Below are positions 27,712 to 41,589 of a DNA stretch of 64,000 nt, one piece after another. The notes below the pieces were generated by a model. The model had not been told where the DNA came from. It worked only from the letters and a program-made list of their open reading frames with translations, and did not search any database. Each line of letters opens with the position of its first letter. The first letter of the stretch is position 1. Position numbers and translations under genes: made by a program. This DNA comes from Camelus dromedarius (taxonomy: Eukaryota). Where the stretch lies: NCBI RefSeq assembly GCF_036321535.1, contig NC_087436.1:71302001-71366000 (forward strand), written 5' to 3'.

Positions 27712-28929
27712 TCTTAGAGAAACCAAGATCCCCCCACTGAAGAAGGCTATCAGTAGAGATCACTCCTCCCTCAGTCTGAAGCTGGAATGTCAAAAATTAT
27801 GCAACATAAAGCAGATACTTTAAATTCCTAAGATAAATTCAAGGAAGACCTAGAAATGAGAACTGAGGTCTTGAAAGTGATATTACTTCACATCTGGAAA
27901 TCTTGGTCCAGGAAAAAATGAGATGGGACTTGACAATACAAATGGCAAATAGAAAAAGTAAAACTGTTTTTGTAAATATTCTGATATTCATACATTCTCA
28001 ATTCCACTACATCTCTTGTTTTTGTCAAGGCCAAAATTTCATGCCCCATAGGAGAAAAGAAGCCTATAAAAAACAAACTACATACTGATCATTTTTCTTC
28101 TGAAAATAAAATGTTAGCCTCTGTTCCTGCAGAATACCTGCCAAATACGGAAAGATCCCTAGTGAAATATCTTTTAACAGCATGCAAAGCAATTCACTGT
28201 AGGTTTATACAGTATATTAAGGGCACATAAACAGTGCTTTTGAACTTAAAAGTGACTCATAAATTTTTGTTTCCATGAAAAGCATATTGTTTTCTTACTG
28301 TTTTCACCGAAACAGGCTAATTAACCTACTAGATCATGTTATAAATCTCTTTGAAGTTAAGAATCTAACAATGTCATCTTTTCCGTTTCCCAACAAATAT
28401 TTGAAAAGAAGGTATAAAAACTGGATTCCATCCAGGGGAAGTATTGCTTACGTCACTCTGCAGTTCTACTGAATCCCCAATGTGTATAACAGAAAAATCG
28501 GAGTTGTATTAGCAAGTGCTCTTGTGGTAATAATTATTGGATATGCCACACAAAAGACAGTCAAGATGAAGGGTAAAAGTAATTATTTATAAATAGCTCA
28601 TGCTGTAGAATGCCTTAAGCGCCTCAGGAAACTTTTACTACCGATTCGTTTCATGTTAAGACATTGGTAAATCTGAGTTGCCTCAAACCTAATTGTAATA
28701 TTTTATAATCGTGACTATGAGTGAAGGAGACGTTCATCTAAAAATTAGCATGAAGTCCAGTAAAGCAAAATTTCCAACAAAGGTAACTTGGTACTCCATT
28801 TCCAAACTCCTAAAAAGAATGAAATGTCAAGATTAACAAAAATAATGGTAACTAACTTACACAAGCTTTGCTATTTAACATGTGTACCTGAAGCTACAGA
28901 TCTCAGAAATCTTGTTTGAATGCAGATTA

Positions 28930-31900
28930 TGGACTTCCATACCCAGGAAAATAGGGTAGACCTATTCTCCAACTAGGGATTCCTGCCACTAAGTACAACT
29001 GAATACCCCGGACATCATATATACAGCAAACATAAGGTCTAAAGGTGAAGGGAAGAGACACTGGCTAGAGACCTCAGGACCCATGGTGAGATGCTGGGTT
29101 GTCTTTTTGCCTCATATACTCCAGACTTGGAGAGGAAAAAGCTGGCAAGTAAGAAATAACAACAGGCACAGACAAAACACAAAAGCTCCAACAAAAGACT
29201 GCTCTCTTTAGCCAAAGGACAGGAAAGGGCCAGCCTCAGAAGATAGAAAACCTTAGACAATAACATCTCTACTTCAGCCAAACACCACAGAAAAAACAGT
29301 GGCCCCACCCACACCACACCAGCACTGGCCAAGATGAAGAGCCTTCCACTCTTCTCAATGCTATTATGAGCCACCCCAACACTCTACCTGATGTGTGGCA
29401 GCAAGCCAAGTGGGGAGCTGGAACTTTCATCCCCACCAGTCGGTAACCAGCCCTGCCCCAGTCCCTTGTGTTATCAGTGGAGATCACATGGAGAGCCAAA
29501 ACTCCCACCCTCTGCCCAGAAGTAATGAAGCATCCTCTCTCTTGCCATATGACCAAGCTATATGCTAACTACAATCTATCTACAAACTCACTTCAAATGT
29601 AATAATATAAGCAAGATCAAAGTAAAAGAATGAAAAAAGATATGTCAGTTAAACATCAAAGCAAATCACAACTGGCTACAATAATATCAGATAAGATCGA
29701 CCTTAGAGCAAAGAAAATTACCAGACACAGAAAGAGATATTATATAATAATAATCGTCGATCCACCAAGAATACATAGGAATCTTATGTATATGAACCAA
29801 ATAATAGAGCTGCAAAATAGGTTGGACAAAAACTGACAGAATTGAAAGGAGAAATAGACAAATCCACGATTATAGCTGGTGTCTTCAACATGTCTCTTGT
29901 AAGAACTGACAGAACTACTAGACAGAAAACCAGCAAGGATATGGAAGAATTCAACAACACCATCAACCAACAGTGTCTAATCAATGTTTGTACAACATCC
30001 CACCCAAGAACAGAAAAATACACGTACCTTCATGAGCCCACAGACAAACAGACCATACTGTAGTCCATAAAAAATCCCAACCAATTTAATATAATTGAAA
30101 TCAGACTGTGTTCTCTGACTACAATGGAATAAAACTAATGGAATCAAAACAATAGGAATATTCCCCCAACACTTCGAAATTAAACAACCATTTAAAATAA
30201 CTCATGAATCAAAGAGGAATTCTCCAGGGAAATTTTAAAAAATTAAATGAATGAATATACAACATATCAAAATTTATGGGACTCAGCTAAAGTAGCACAG
30301 ATTTGGAAATTTATAGTATGAAATGAATACATTAGAAAAGAGGAAAAGTCTCTAATCAGTAATTTTAAGCTCCACTTGAAGAACATAGAGGATAAAAAGA
30401 GTGAAAGAAACCCAAAGCAAGTAAAAGGAAGGAAATAATAGAGTAGAAATCAGTGAAATGAAAAGAGAATATCAATGAAACACAGAGCTGATTACTGAAA
30501 AACTTAAATAAAATTGACAAGTCTCTAGCAAGACTGAAATTAAATAAAAGAGAAGACACAACTTACTAATATCTGGAATGAAACAGGAGATTCATTCAAG
30601 ACCCTACAGACATCAAAAGGATAATAAGGGAATACAATGAACTCCATAAACATAAATTTGACAAGTCAGACAAAATAAACTACTTTAAAAAAAAAAAACC
30701 CAGAAACTATTACAACTCATCCAGTATCAGATAGATACCCTGAATAGTCCTACGACTATTAAGGCAATCAAATTCATAACTTTGAAAATCCTTCTGTTCC
30801 CAAAAAGGAATCTACAGGCCCAAATGGCTTCACTGGAGAATTCCACCAAATGGGCAAAGAAGAATTAATACCAATTCCGTATAATCTCTTCTAGCAGACA
30901 GAAGAGGAAGGAACACTTACCGATTCATTTTATGAAGCTAATATTACCTTGATACCAAAACCAAAGGCAGTAAAAAGAAAAAGCATACTCCACATCAATA
31001 CTCTTTATGAATACTGATGCAGAAATCCTTAACAAAATACCAACAAATAGGATTCAACAATGTAACAGTATAAAAAATTATACAACATGACCTAATGAGG
31101 TTTATTCCAGGGATGCAAGGCTGGGTCAAAATTGAAAATCAATCAATGCAATCTACCACATTAAGTGTATTAAAAAAGAAAAATCACATGATCATATCAA
31201 TTGATACATAAAAATCATCTGACAAAACTCAACTCCATTTATGATAAAAATGTTGAGAAAAATAGGAATAGAAGGGAACTTCCTCAATTTGATCAACAGT
31301 ATCTTCAAAAAAAAATCTATCGATAACATTATAGTTAATGAAAGACTCAAGGCTTTCCTTCTAAGATTGGGAACAGGGCAAAGACGTCTGTTCTGAGCAT
31401 TCTTATTTAACATAGTACAGGAAGAGGACATTAAAAAACATGAAGATTAAAAAGGAAGAAATAAAACTGTCCCTAATTCCAGATGATATGGTTGTCTATG
31501 TAGGACTTTCCAAAGAATCTACCCCCCAAAACACTTCATAGATCTGTAAGTTGACCAGGGTAGCATTATACAAGATACACATGCACAAAACAGGTATATT
31601 TTTATAAGTAATGAACATGTGGCCACTAAAATTAAAAAACACAACACCATTTACAACCATTCAGGGAAAAAAAGATGAGTAGTAAGTTTAAATCTAAGGA
31701 AACATGCACAGGACTTATATGCTGAAGACTCCATAATACTCATGAAAGAAATCAAGGAAGATCTAAATAAACAAAAAGATATACTGTGATCATGGATTGA
31801 AGGATTCAACATAGCAAAGGTATCAATTCTTCCCAAATTTTGATACAATTTTAATACAATTCCTATCAAAATCTAAGCAAGAGTTTTAATAGATACAGGC

Positions 31901-33060
31901 AAGATTACTCTAAAATTTATACAGAAAGGGAAAGAGACTAGGATAGCTGAAGCAATTTTGAAAAATAAAGTGGAAGTGATCTGTCTAAATAGATTAGACT
32001 AACTATACAGACCAAAACTACAAAATTTCTAGGAAACAAAGCATTTTGAGTTTGTTAAGGATTTCTTAAATAGAACACAAAGAGCATGAATATAGAAGAA
32101 AACATCAAAAAATTAGAATGCACTATTTTTAAAAATTGTTCTTAAAAAAAAAAACTAAGAAAACGAAAAGGCTAGCTACACACAGAAGAAAATACAATAT
32201 TATTATCCAGAATAGAAAAAGAATTTTTTAACTCAGGAAGACAATCTGTTTTTTAAAATCAACAAAAGATTTACACATCTCAAAAGGAAGATATGTGAAT
32301 GACAAATACATACATGGAGAAAATACTCAACGTCACCAGTCATTACAGCAATGAAAATTATCAAAATCTTAATGAGATATCCCTACACACACAGAAGAAC
32401 AACTAAAATTTAAAAGCCTGGCATTACCTAATGCTGGCAAGGATGTAGAGGAACTGGAACTCTCTTACCTTGATATGAGCAATGAAAAATGGTGAGGCCA
32501 GTTCATAAAATAGTTTGACAGTTTGTTATAAAATTAAAACATACACTTATTGTATGATCTGGCAATTCTACTTCTAACTATTTACTTAAATGAGGTGCAA
32601 ACCTGTCCACACACAGACTTTTACCTTAAGGTTCATAGCAGATTTATTTGCAATAGCCAAAAAATTAAATCCAAAGGTCTTTTTTGACTAGTGAATGATA
32701 AACAAATTTTGGTGTATCCATATGGTGGAACAGTATTCTGCAATAAAAATACACACATTATGGATTCAGCAATAACATGGCTGAAGCTCAAAAGCTTTCT
32801 GATAATTGAAAGAAACCAAACATACACACACAATCAAAATACCTACTGTATGATTTCATTTGTAAAAAGTTCTAAAAGAGGTAAAATTATAGTGAAAGAA
32901 AGCAGATCAGTGGTTGTTGGAAGCAACTGACTGCAAAGGCACATGAGGGACTTTTCAAAAATCATGACTGTATACAATAGTCAGAATTTATCAAATAATT
33001 CACCTAAAATTGATGAATTTCACTGTATCTAAGTTCTACTTCAACAAATCTGAGTTTTTA
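28930..33060 (+). mobile_element. Old L1 (L1MC/MD-like): 5' region, decayed ORF2 (EN, RT), 3' end
   Basis: Peptides KGEIDKSTIIAGVFN and IISDKIDLRAKKI (endonuclease domain), 'ggcccaaatggcttcactggagaattc' (GPDGFTGEF-like), 'gggatgcaaggctgg', 'gcagatga/ccagatgatatg' (F/YADD region); many stops and indels. Confidence 0.93.
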
Positions 33061-35089
33061 AACTCTATAGCTAAACTAAATCTTCTAGTCTTGGTTAGGG
33101 CAGTAACAGTGATTAACCTTATAATAAATGTTTTCATTTCATTTCTGTTGATGGCAAGCCCTCCCTCTTTTATTTATCTTCTTTCCAGAAGCATAACAAT
33201 TCCTCAACAATGACTTCCAAGAAACACACTCTTCATTTGTCTCCAAAATAGACATATAACACATGTGGTCTGCCTTGGTATCAGGTGGAGAACAAATTTG
33301 TTGCCAACAGTGGTTCTCAGGGAGGTTTACACTGCCCCTAGCGTCCATTCTCATTGCAAAACAATATAATGATTTGGAGAAAAGTATGGAGAAAAAGCCA
33401 AGGAGTACCAAATCTCATTAAGATAGCATTTATTTGCAATATTCCTATTCTAAAATAACCTTGCCTCCTTCCCCATCCACTACCCCAATTCCATGCTCCC
33501 TTAAATACATCAGAATTACTGTAATGTATAAAAAAGGAAAACAAATGAATAATAAATCCTTAAAAACCTAACACTAAATTACAGGGCATGTTAAGTATAA
33601 GGGTACAATCCTAGTTTCATGTGTGAAGTTCTTCAAGTGATGTCCTGAAAGCTACTGGCCTCCTTTTTTCTTTTAAAATATTTATTTCTTTCAATATCAT
33701 TCACTAAACAAACAACTACCTTTACCTTTTCAAAACTCAGAAGCTTGACCCTCTATGTCTTACCAGAATACTCCCTGAGTAGAGAAGGTTTAAGCAGAAG
33801 AACAAAAGAACAAAAGACCAAAAGACAGATGAGTGTGTCTGAATCTTATTAAGGCACAGATGGAGTTACATCTGAGTCACTGCATCTGCTCTGCATTCCT
33901 ACACCAGACCAGAGATGAGGTCAGGAAAATTCAATTCCTTTGAGTTTCTATATTCACCTTAACAGAAATGGGGTGAACTCCCAAGCTACTCACAGTAAAT
34001 CTGCTGTACCCACAAGTTTCATAGAGAAAAAATTACGAATTTCCCCAGACGGTGAAGACAGGCATCATGGCGGGAAGTGTGCAAAGACTGACGGTAAGGG
34101 TTATTGCTATTATTGTGATTACAGCCTACACTCAAGATGAGCACCTAAAGATACTCAAGTAACACAGCAGTCAAACAGTGGCTATAGACAACTCTTGAGA
34201 ATAGATTTCTAAAACTATACAGCACTAAAAATTCTCTACAGTTTGAAAAACGCTGGATTATGAATGCCACTCCTTTTCAATTATTTCTCTTTCTTTCATC
34301 AATTTCCCAGATTACAAAAGTTTTTAAAAACCAAGCTTCTGCATGGGATTGGTATGCTCAAAACTTTTTTAAAATACTGTGTGAAATGTTAAGTTAGGTG
34401 AAATGGGTTAACAAGAGAATTGCAGCATGTTATACTTCTGATTATTTCTGCAGCCACCAGGTTTTCATTAAGCCTTGGGCATGTGGGTTTGTGATTATTT
34501 TCATGACAACAAACACTAAAACAGGGAATAAGATCCACAGTTCAAAGAAATACAATCGTCCAAAATATCCCCACATGGTCCAGTATACTCCTCTTGCATA
34601 TTTTGTTTCCAACTCTGTTACTCCATTTCTTGAACCTCTACAGATGTGCTAATCACAGTGATTCATTCATAAAGGGCTTAAGCTAAAAATCTGTACAATT
34701 CAGACTAAAGTTCAGTTATCAAGTAGTGATTTCAGATCTGGTATAAACTATAAAAGTTGAGCAGATCATGGAAACAGACAAATCAAACCTATTCTAAAAC
34801 AAAATCTTGGTAGGTTTGCCTGTGTCACCCTCAAGCTTTAATTATCTGCATTCTGGTTTAACAGGTTATTGACTTTTAAAAAGATCATTGAGAATGTATG
34901 TTCACAATAAAATCATTCAAGGAAATCTTTCTTCCAGTTCTCTTAATTCCCAACTTTCCATTTTTCAAGTTTCCTTAGTTTTCAACCCCTAATTTCTTTT
35001 CTTTTCTCTCCTGAGATACGCTTGCTGGTTCTAGCCGTATTTACATTTTTCATACCTTCTAAACTTCTAACAGACATAACAACCATGTA

Positions 35090-35310
35090 TCTACTTTCAT
35101 GAAAGCACAGTGCGTAGTAGGACGTTTACACGTTATCTTAGTTTAAGCCAGACCAAAAAACCTTCATAGAAAATATTGTTCCTACTTTATAAATGAGACT
35201 ATGGCCTACAGAAATCAATTAAATTTGCCTGGTGTAACAAAGTTTATAGGTGGCAGAGCCAGGCTTTATCCAACTCTAATTTACTTCAAAACCCAGTATT
35301 TACATTCATC
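35090..35310 (-). mobile_element. MIR SINE
   Basis: 'cctactttataaatgagact...aatttgcctggtgtaacaa...gtggcagagccaggc'. Confidence 0.7.
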
Positions 35311-35719
35311 CTCATGGTCAATACTTGTCTCTATACTAGTTAAACTACCAAATTTTGATATTCATACACTTTACTTATATCCTGGCTTATTCCAATGCGC
35401 ACAGCCCTATCTGGATCCCATTTGCAAATAAAAGTTTTTGAACCACAGATTCTACGCCTATTTCACAAAGACAACTGGCAATCTAGCTCTCCATCATGCC
35501 TCTGAAACAAGTCCTCCAGGGTTAATACATTCAGGACGTGTATTTTTTAGAATGGATCAAGAGAACCAAAAGCTAGTAAAATCAAACTTTCAAGTAGGAA
35601 GATTTCTAATACCAAAAAATCGAATCAGACATAGGAGGAAAAAAAATGCTGCTTCTCCCAAACAGACTGAATTACCAGATGGAAGAAATAGTTGAAGAAA
35701 AAAGAGTGTCAAGTTCATA

Positions 35720-35930
35720 AATTGAGGGAAGAATCTAGGCTTCTGACGGTCAATGCACTGCTTAGAGCAGCTGGTGTGACAGCTCGAATGGAACACTTCA
35801 GCCCCACTCTGACGGGCTTCACTTCTCATCTGCTCCATCACTTCCTAGTTCCCCACCTTGTGTCGTTAGTTTTAAAAGGTGGTAGGGTAAAACAGAGCCT
35901 TGCAAATAATAAATGCTCAGTAAGCTATCA
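35720..35930 (+). mobile_element. MIR SINE (degraded)
   Basis: 'cttcacttctcatctg' and 'aataaatgctcagtaagctat'. Confidence 0.5.
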
Positions 35931-36555
35931 CTGTCTGTTGACTGGATTTAATGAAAACTGTGCTTATTCACTACTTTTATTTTATAGATGAGAATTTTTT
36001 AAAAAAGATACTGAGAGGCTGAAATTTTCTCAAGTCTCAAGAGGAGAAGCAGAGTAGCTACTCTATGTCAGATGTTGGGCTAGAGGTTTTACACGCTTTA
36101 TAAAAGGTATGTTGACTCTTAGGTCATCATCTTTCTCACAGAATACATGACTCATTGTAAATATGTACGTTAATAGAGTATATTGACTCAACGTTCAGAA
36201 AAACAAACAGAAGACAGTAAAGGAAGAAAGCTAACAAGAATTTTCTTCTGTTGAGAAGAAAGAAAAAGATGCCTGTGCTAAAAATAGGTCCTTAAAATTT
36301 TGCAGGAAGTAATTTCGCTCCATCACAAGAATCAATGACCTCCTTAAGAGGTGGCTCAGAGCCAAAAACAACCCACTAGATGACAGTAAAGAAGAGAGTC
36401 ACAAGGCCAACCAGCAAAGCAAAATTTTAAAGGCTGCCACGAAGAGAGACAGAAGCCCCAGGCAACATACACAGACAATCAGTTACATCATTCTGTAATT
36501 ATCACGTTTGGTTCCAGATTTACTATGAGTGCACAGTCTTATGCCGGGCAGTGAC

Positions 36556-36627
36556 TTATTTTTTTTCATTGAAGTATAGTTGATATACAATGTTGTGTTA
36601 GTTTCTGGTGTACAGCATAGTGACTCT
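36556..36627 (-). mobile_element. Short L1 3' terminal fragment
   Basis: 'ttttttttcattgaagtatagttgatatacaatgttgtgttagtttctggtgtacagcatagtgactc'. Confidence 0.8.
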
Positions 36628-38009
36628 TATTAACAATACCTTTCCCTATATATTCAGTGTCTTATTTTCTCCCTTTGCGTATAAACCAAAGCATATCACT
36701 GTAAAGTCAGGTTCTATATGCTGAAAAGCCAAGCCAAGCCAACAAACTTGGTAAATTGTATTAACTAGTAAAGAGCTCTATTCTGCTAAAAAGAGTTTAA
36801 TAATCCAAATAGGCACTACCATCAATAAGAACTCTGATGAGCTTATAAAGCTTGATTTGTAAAAACTTTGGCCCTTTCCGTATCTATTTTCTTGGCCACA
36901 TTTGAAGAAGAAAAAAAAAAAAAAAACATATAGAACCGTCCAAATCTTTTGCATTTTGTGTTTGAGACCAAAAATTTCTACACATATTGCTATAGCCAGA
37001 AAAGTTACACAATTCAGTTTCTTATCACTCAAATTAAAAAGGCTATGTTTACATTATCAATGAGCTTATACTTTATATATTATCATCTATATGTTCAGAA
37101 ATTATGCAGGTGATATTCACTACTTTTTGTTACAAAAGAGAAAAAAGAGCAGGGAAATACTGTCAAACTGCTTCAAAACCTTGTTTTATAGAAATACACA
37201 ATTGAGGCTACAACACATGTAATAACAATTCCAAACAAATACCTGGAAAATCATCCAGTCACACCTACTTGCTTCAGTTGAATGATTCCTTAATTATTTG
37301 CAGCAAAAAAATCCCACTTTCCCACAATAGCACAGATCCCTTAGGTATGCTACCAACCCAGATCTTGTGAACATTACAAACAATTTAGGGAAAAGACTCT
37401 TCTTGGAATATACATGTCAGCATGGTAAAAAGGAAAAAGGAGCATAAACCAGACCTACTAAGCAGGAAGGATGTTGCACAGAAACAAATTAACACATTAT
37501 GTCCTAGTTCAATTCAGCACTATGTCTGTTCTACGTCTTCCCACATAAGTGATCTTGCTCGCCACAGACAGACCATGTGCCCGCTATGTGCCAATCATTA
37601 TGCTAAGGGATAGAAGATGACTATGATGGGAAAGTCTTTTTCTCATTTCTTCCATTTAATCTATTGAAATGAGTTACAATTTTTTCAAAAGAAGTTTATT
37701 AGACTTTTCCCAAGATCCAGCTGTATTTCCTACAAACATGGCATAGGAAAGGAGCATATTTAATCCTACAGAGTAAATGTTCAACCTACAGGCTTGATAC
37801 AACTGGAATGATTAAGGGGTCATCAAAGCAGCAGCTTTTGTGCAGATTTCCAGACACATCTTTGAATGTAATAAATCAAGTGTTCCTATTTTGTGCCTGG
37901 TCTTGCTGAAAGCAGCATTGTTCACGCAAGTGTCCATTTTGGAAATGTTTTAGCAGTGTAAAATAACTCCATCTTGTGGATTGTCGTGACCATGGCATTC
38001 AGATCTCAC

Positions 38010-38245
38010 CTTCCTCAAGTCTGCAGAGGCAGGAGGAGCATCAGCCTGATCCCTTACAACTTTCACAATCTGTCGAACGATTGTTTCCTGTTGGGTATTA
38101 ACCCTCACAAGCATCCCTCCGCGCGGCAGAGGAGTGTAAAAGTGCCTGCCACTCCCAGTATCACCACTGCTGCCACCACGACGGAGCTGACCGGTTCCAG
38201 CCCACCAGGACCAGCACTGCTCAGTGTCAGAGGTAGTTGGCGCTC
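38010..38245 (-). other. Candidate internal exon (236 nt) of an unidentified minus-strand gene; 5' UTR or first coding exon
   Basis: Acceptor ...cttgtgtgttacctacag|GAGCG and donor GAGGAAG|gtgaga; GC-richer than flanks with 9 CpGs; no recognisable repeat; one frame open throughout (phase 1 in, phase 0 out) with ATG at 38114. Confidence 0.6.
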
Positions 38246-39829
38246 CTGTAGGTAACACACAAGACTTATTCATTTTAAATCCATTGACATGTCTAAGAGG
38301 ACAGATATTAAACAGAATGAGCAAGACTCTTTAAAGCTGAGACATGGGGGAGTAGGGGGCCCAATTGCCTCCCCACTCTCTATGGTTTTCTGTTCTTTTG
38401 CACATTCTTTTCCCATTTGGTTTCTGAAGATGATAATTATGATTCTATGTATTTCAACTCAAATACATCTAAGAAATAATCCATTTATTATAACAATAAC
38501 ACTCAGCCACACATCAGTAAAAATCTTTCATTTTGATTCCGTATTTTGAAAGTTCAAAACCTAAAGGGACTTCTCTCCTCCCGTCCTCACCTCTCACTTT
38601 GCACAGTAATAATTTCTAGTACCCTGTGTTTCTTCCTGGAGTCATTCCAGTTCTCACCTTTGGTGGTCGTCACAGCCCTGAATTCAAAGCACGCTTTGCT
38701 TGTCTTTCTACAGGGAAGTTATTAAATACACAAGCCAAGTAATTGAAGGTTTCTTCCCTATCTAATCCACAAATTTAAAATGGAAGGGCAAAAGCGTTCC
38801 GAAATGATTTTTGTAAAGATAAAATGTCAGCGTATTTTATCCTATCACTTAAGGCTACAGAAACTTCTACTCTGGAAACAGGTATATAGATCCTACCATA
38901 AAATCCAGACTATGTTTTGTATCATGATGAAAAAAGTAGAATAAGGTGGACCTTGGCATGTGGTAGAATTAGCACTTTTATTACTAGTTTAATGTCATTA
39001 CTTATGTTCTATAAAATGTACCTACAAACATACTCTTTTGAAGAACTTGCAAAAGATGTCCATCTCTTATATTATGGAAATGATATGACTGAAGACACAT
39101 CAATGAGAATCTTTCTGTTACTATACACCATTTAGTATTAAATTAAACATTAAAATATTTTATCAGAAGATAGCTCAATAATTATTAGCCCAGGAGAATA
39201 TCATAAAATTCCAGCCAAGCTTCTAAGGAAAGCGTATTTTCACACCCCTAAACACACTGTGCCATAAGATTCACAAATATTCAGGGTTCTGCAGCTAGGG
39301 CACTAGTGTTCAAAATATGACCAAGCCTCCTCCAACAAAATCTCAGCGCTTTTTGTCCTAGGTTAATGATCATCATAAGAAAAATAGTGTCTGTTTACAT
39401 TAAAACTGACCTAATCTTGACATTATACAGAAGTTTGCCTAAATAATTTGAGCAAAAAACATGTTGTTGCATTCACACCACTAAAAGTAGGCCATTATTT
39501 TTGCTTTGAGGGCCTTTTTCAGCTCAGTTAAAAGGCAAAAAACCTACTAGATTTGCTTTTCTTACTTGAGACTTTGAAAAGCTATGGTAATTTAAAAATT
39601 TAGGTATCAGCCGTGTGGCTGTCTAGCCTTTCTATGTATATATGTGGATGCTTCTGCAGATGATTATAACTATGTATGTTCAGATATTACTGAAAGGACT
39701 AGTATGTAACCCATTTTTTCCCATATTACATGTAGTAAAATGTGTCCTTTGTCTTATACAGCTAACCACGATATGCTAAATACTTATAATTCTGCTCAAA
39801 AGTGTGAACACTGCGTCTGATTGCTGTGC

Positions 39830-39975
39830 TCCATGCTGGTCTACCTGCTCCCTGTAACTTTTTATACGATGAACAGTGCCTCTGGCAATGGAAATCTGAC
39901 TTCCTGGCGTCCTTCCCACTGTATCACTGACAGTGTCAGCTCCATTCACAGTTAATTTAAAAAAATGACATCACA
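39830..39975 (-). promoter_or_regulatory. Candidate promoter/enhancer motif cluster
   Basis: Minus-strand TATAAAAA at 39859-39866, ETS-type CAGGAAGT near 39899-39906, TGACA-G-TGTCA palindrome at 39928-39938, CRE-like TGACATCA near 39966. Confidence 0.3.
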
Positions 39976-40521
39976 ACTCAAACCATCTCATGTTGAGAGA
40001 GACAGATGTGAAAAAAAAAAAGTTTTTTGCTAGAAAAACCTGGGGGAAAAAACCCACTTTGTTTTCAGAAGAAAAAGTACATCCACGAGAATACAACTTG
40101 CAAGGGAATATAGGATGAAACTACAGTCTTTATGCATCTGCTGTAATATATTTATCAGAGAATACTGACTTGTCAGAAGAAAGAACAAAGAGAAGAATGT
40201 TCTAACACACCTTGGAATATTCTCATATACAAAAAAACAAAACTCATGTTATTAGTAAATGAGATGCATCTAGAACTAAAATATTATTTAAGAATGTAGA
40301 ATTCACTCACAGACTTTCCTTTCTCATTAACTTCCATATAAGTCATCTACCATTTTCAGTAAGAACAGAATTCTTGGCCCACTTGAGTCAAAGGGTAGTT
40401 CAACAATTAGTGACCTGAATGATCAACGTTATAATAATTCAATTCCAAACCTCTGAACGAATTACACACAATTCTTACTTTTCTGACACTGTTCACAAGC
40501 TAATACAAAACCATCTAGAGG

Positions 40522-40950
40522 AGGATGTTCCAGAGTGTGGTCCCCAGACATCATAATCATCTGGAATATTTGATAAAACTGGAATCTTGAGCCCCATCCT
40601 GACTGATCAAATCCAAATCTCTGAGATCTGCAAATATTAACTACTATATATAAAAATAAATAAAAAAAAATTTCTTCTGAATAGCCTAGGGAACTATGTT
40701 CAGAATCTTGTAATAATCTTTAATGAAAAAGTATGAAAATGAATTATGTATGTTTATAAGGGATATTATGCTGTACACCAGAGATTGACACATTGTAACT
40801 GACTATATTTCAATTGTAAATAAATAAATAATAACTAACTAACTAAATAAATAAATAAATATCCAAATCTCTGGATGGTGATCGAGACATCTGTATTTTT
40901 AGCAATCTCCCCAGGTGAGACTCATGCCAAATGAAGTTTGAGAACCACTG
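40522..40950. mobile_element. MER5 (hAT-Charlie) MITE split by an L1 insertion
   Basis: 'agagtgtggtccccagac...catctggaa' and 'ccccaggtgagactcatgc...aagtttgagaaccactg'. Confidence 0.85.
40624..40860 (+). mobile_element. Young L1 3' UTR fragment with 13-bp TSD
   Basis: Homologous to 5134-5340; exact TSD atccaaatctctg at 40611-40623 and 40861-40873; (TAAA)n tail. Confidence 0.93.
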
Positions 40951-41536
40951 CTGGAAACTGAAAGATCTATAAATGACTTCAGATGATATTTTTTATTCTT
41001 TTGTCTAGAATGTGTGAACTACAATGAGAAATTTCTTCCCCTTATTAAAATAAAATGAGAATCTATCTAAAACAATCATTCACAAAGTCAATGACAAGTT
41101 TTAGATTTTTGTTGACAGCACAGTACATATTTCTAATTATAGTAAATCAAGTTCTGGATCAGAAACCAAACGGTACACCAGAAGGAAAAGCTTATTTCGG
41201 CAGGAGAATCTATGCCTACTGACAGATAAGAATATTCATGGAAGTCAATAGAAATTGTACTCAAACAAAATGATGTGAGAACACACTTCTTTGCCTAACA
41301 AAAAATAAACTGCCTTCATTAACAACCAAAAAATGACCTTCCACCTCAGCACTTGTCATATATTATACTCTATAATAATGTATCTCTGGGGGCCTCTTGT
41401 ATTTCTTTAAGTTTTCTCTTTGAGGGAAGAAAAGCAGCCTGTAGTATGTTACTCAATATGTCAACCATAAGAGTAGTGAATGAAGGAAAAAAGCGGCAGA
41501 GATCAGCCATAAGCAGTGTATAAAATACACGACTGG

Positions 41537-41589
41537 GTGTGTGTATCTGCATATGTGAGTGTGTGTATCTGCGTATGTGAGTGTGTATA
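41537..41589 (+). repeat. 22-bp TG-rich tandem duplication
   Basis: gtgtgtgtatctgcatatgtga / gtgtgtgtatctgcgtatgtga / gtgtgtat. Confidence 0.85.
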
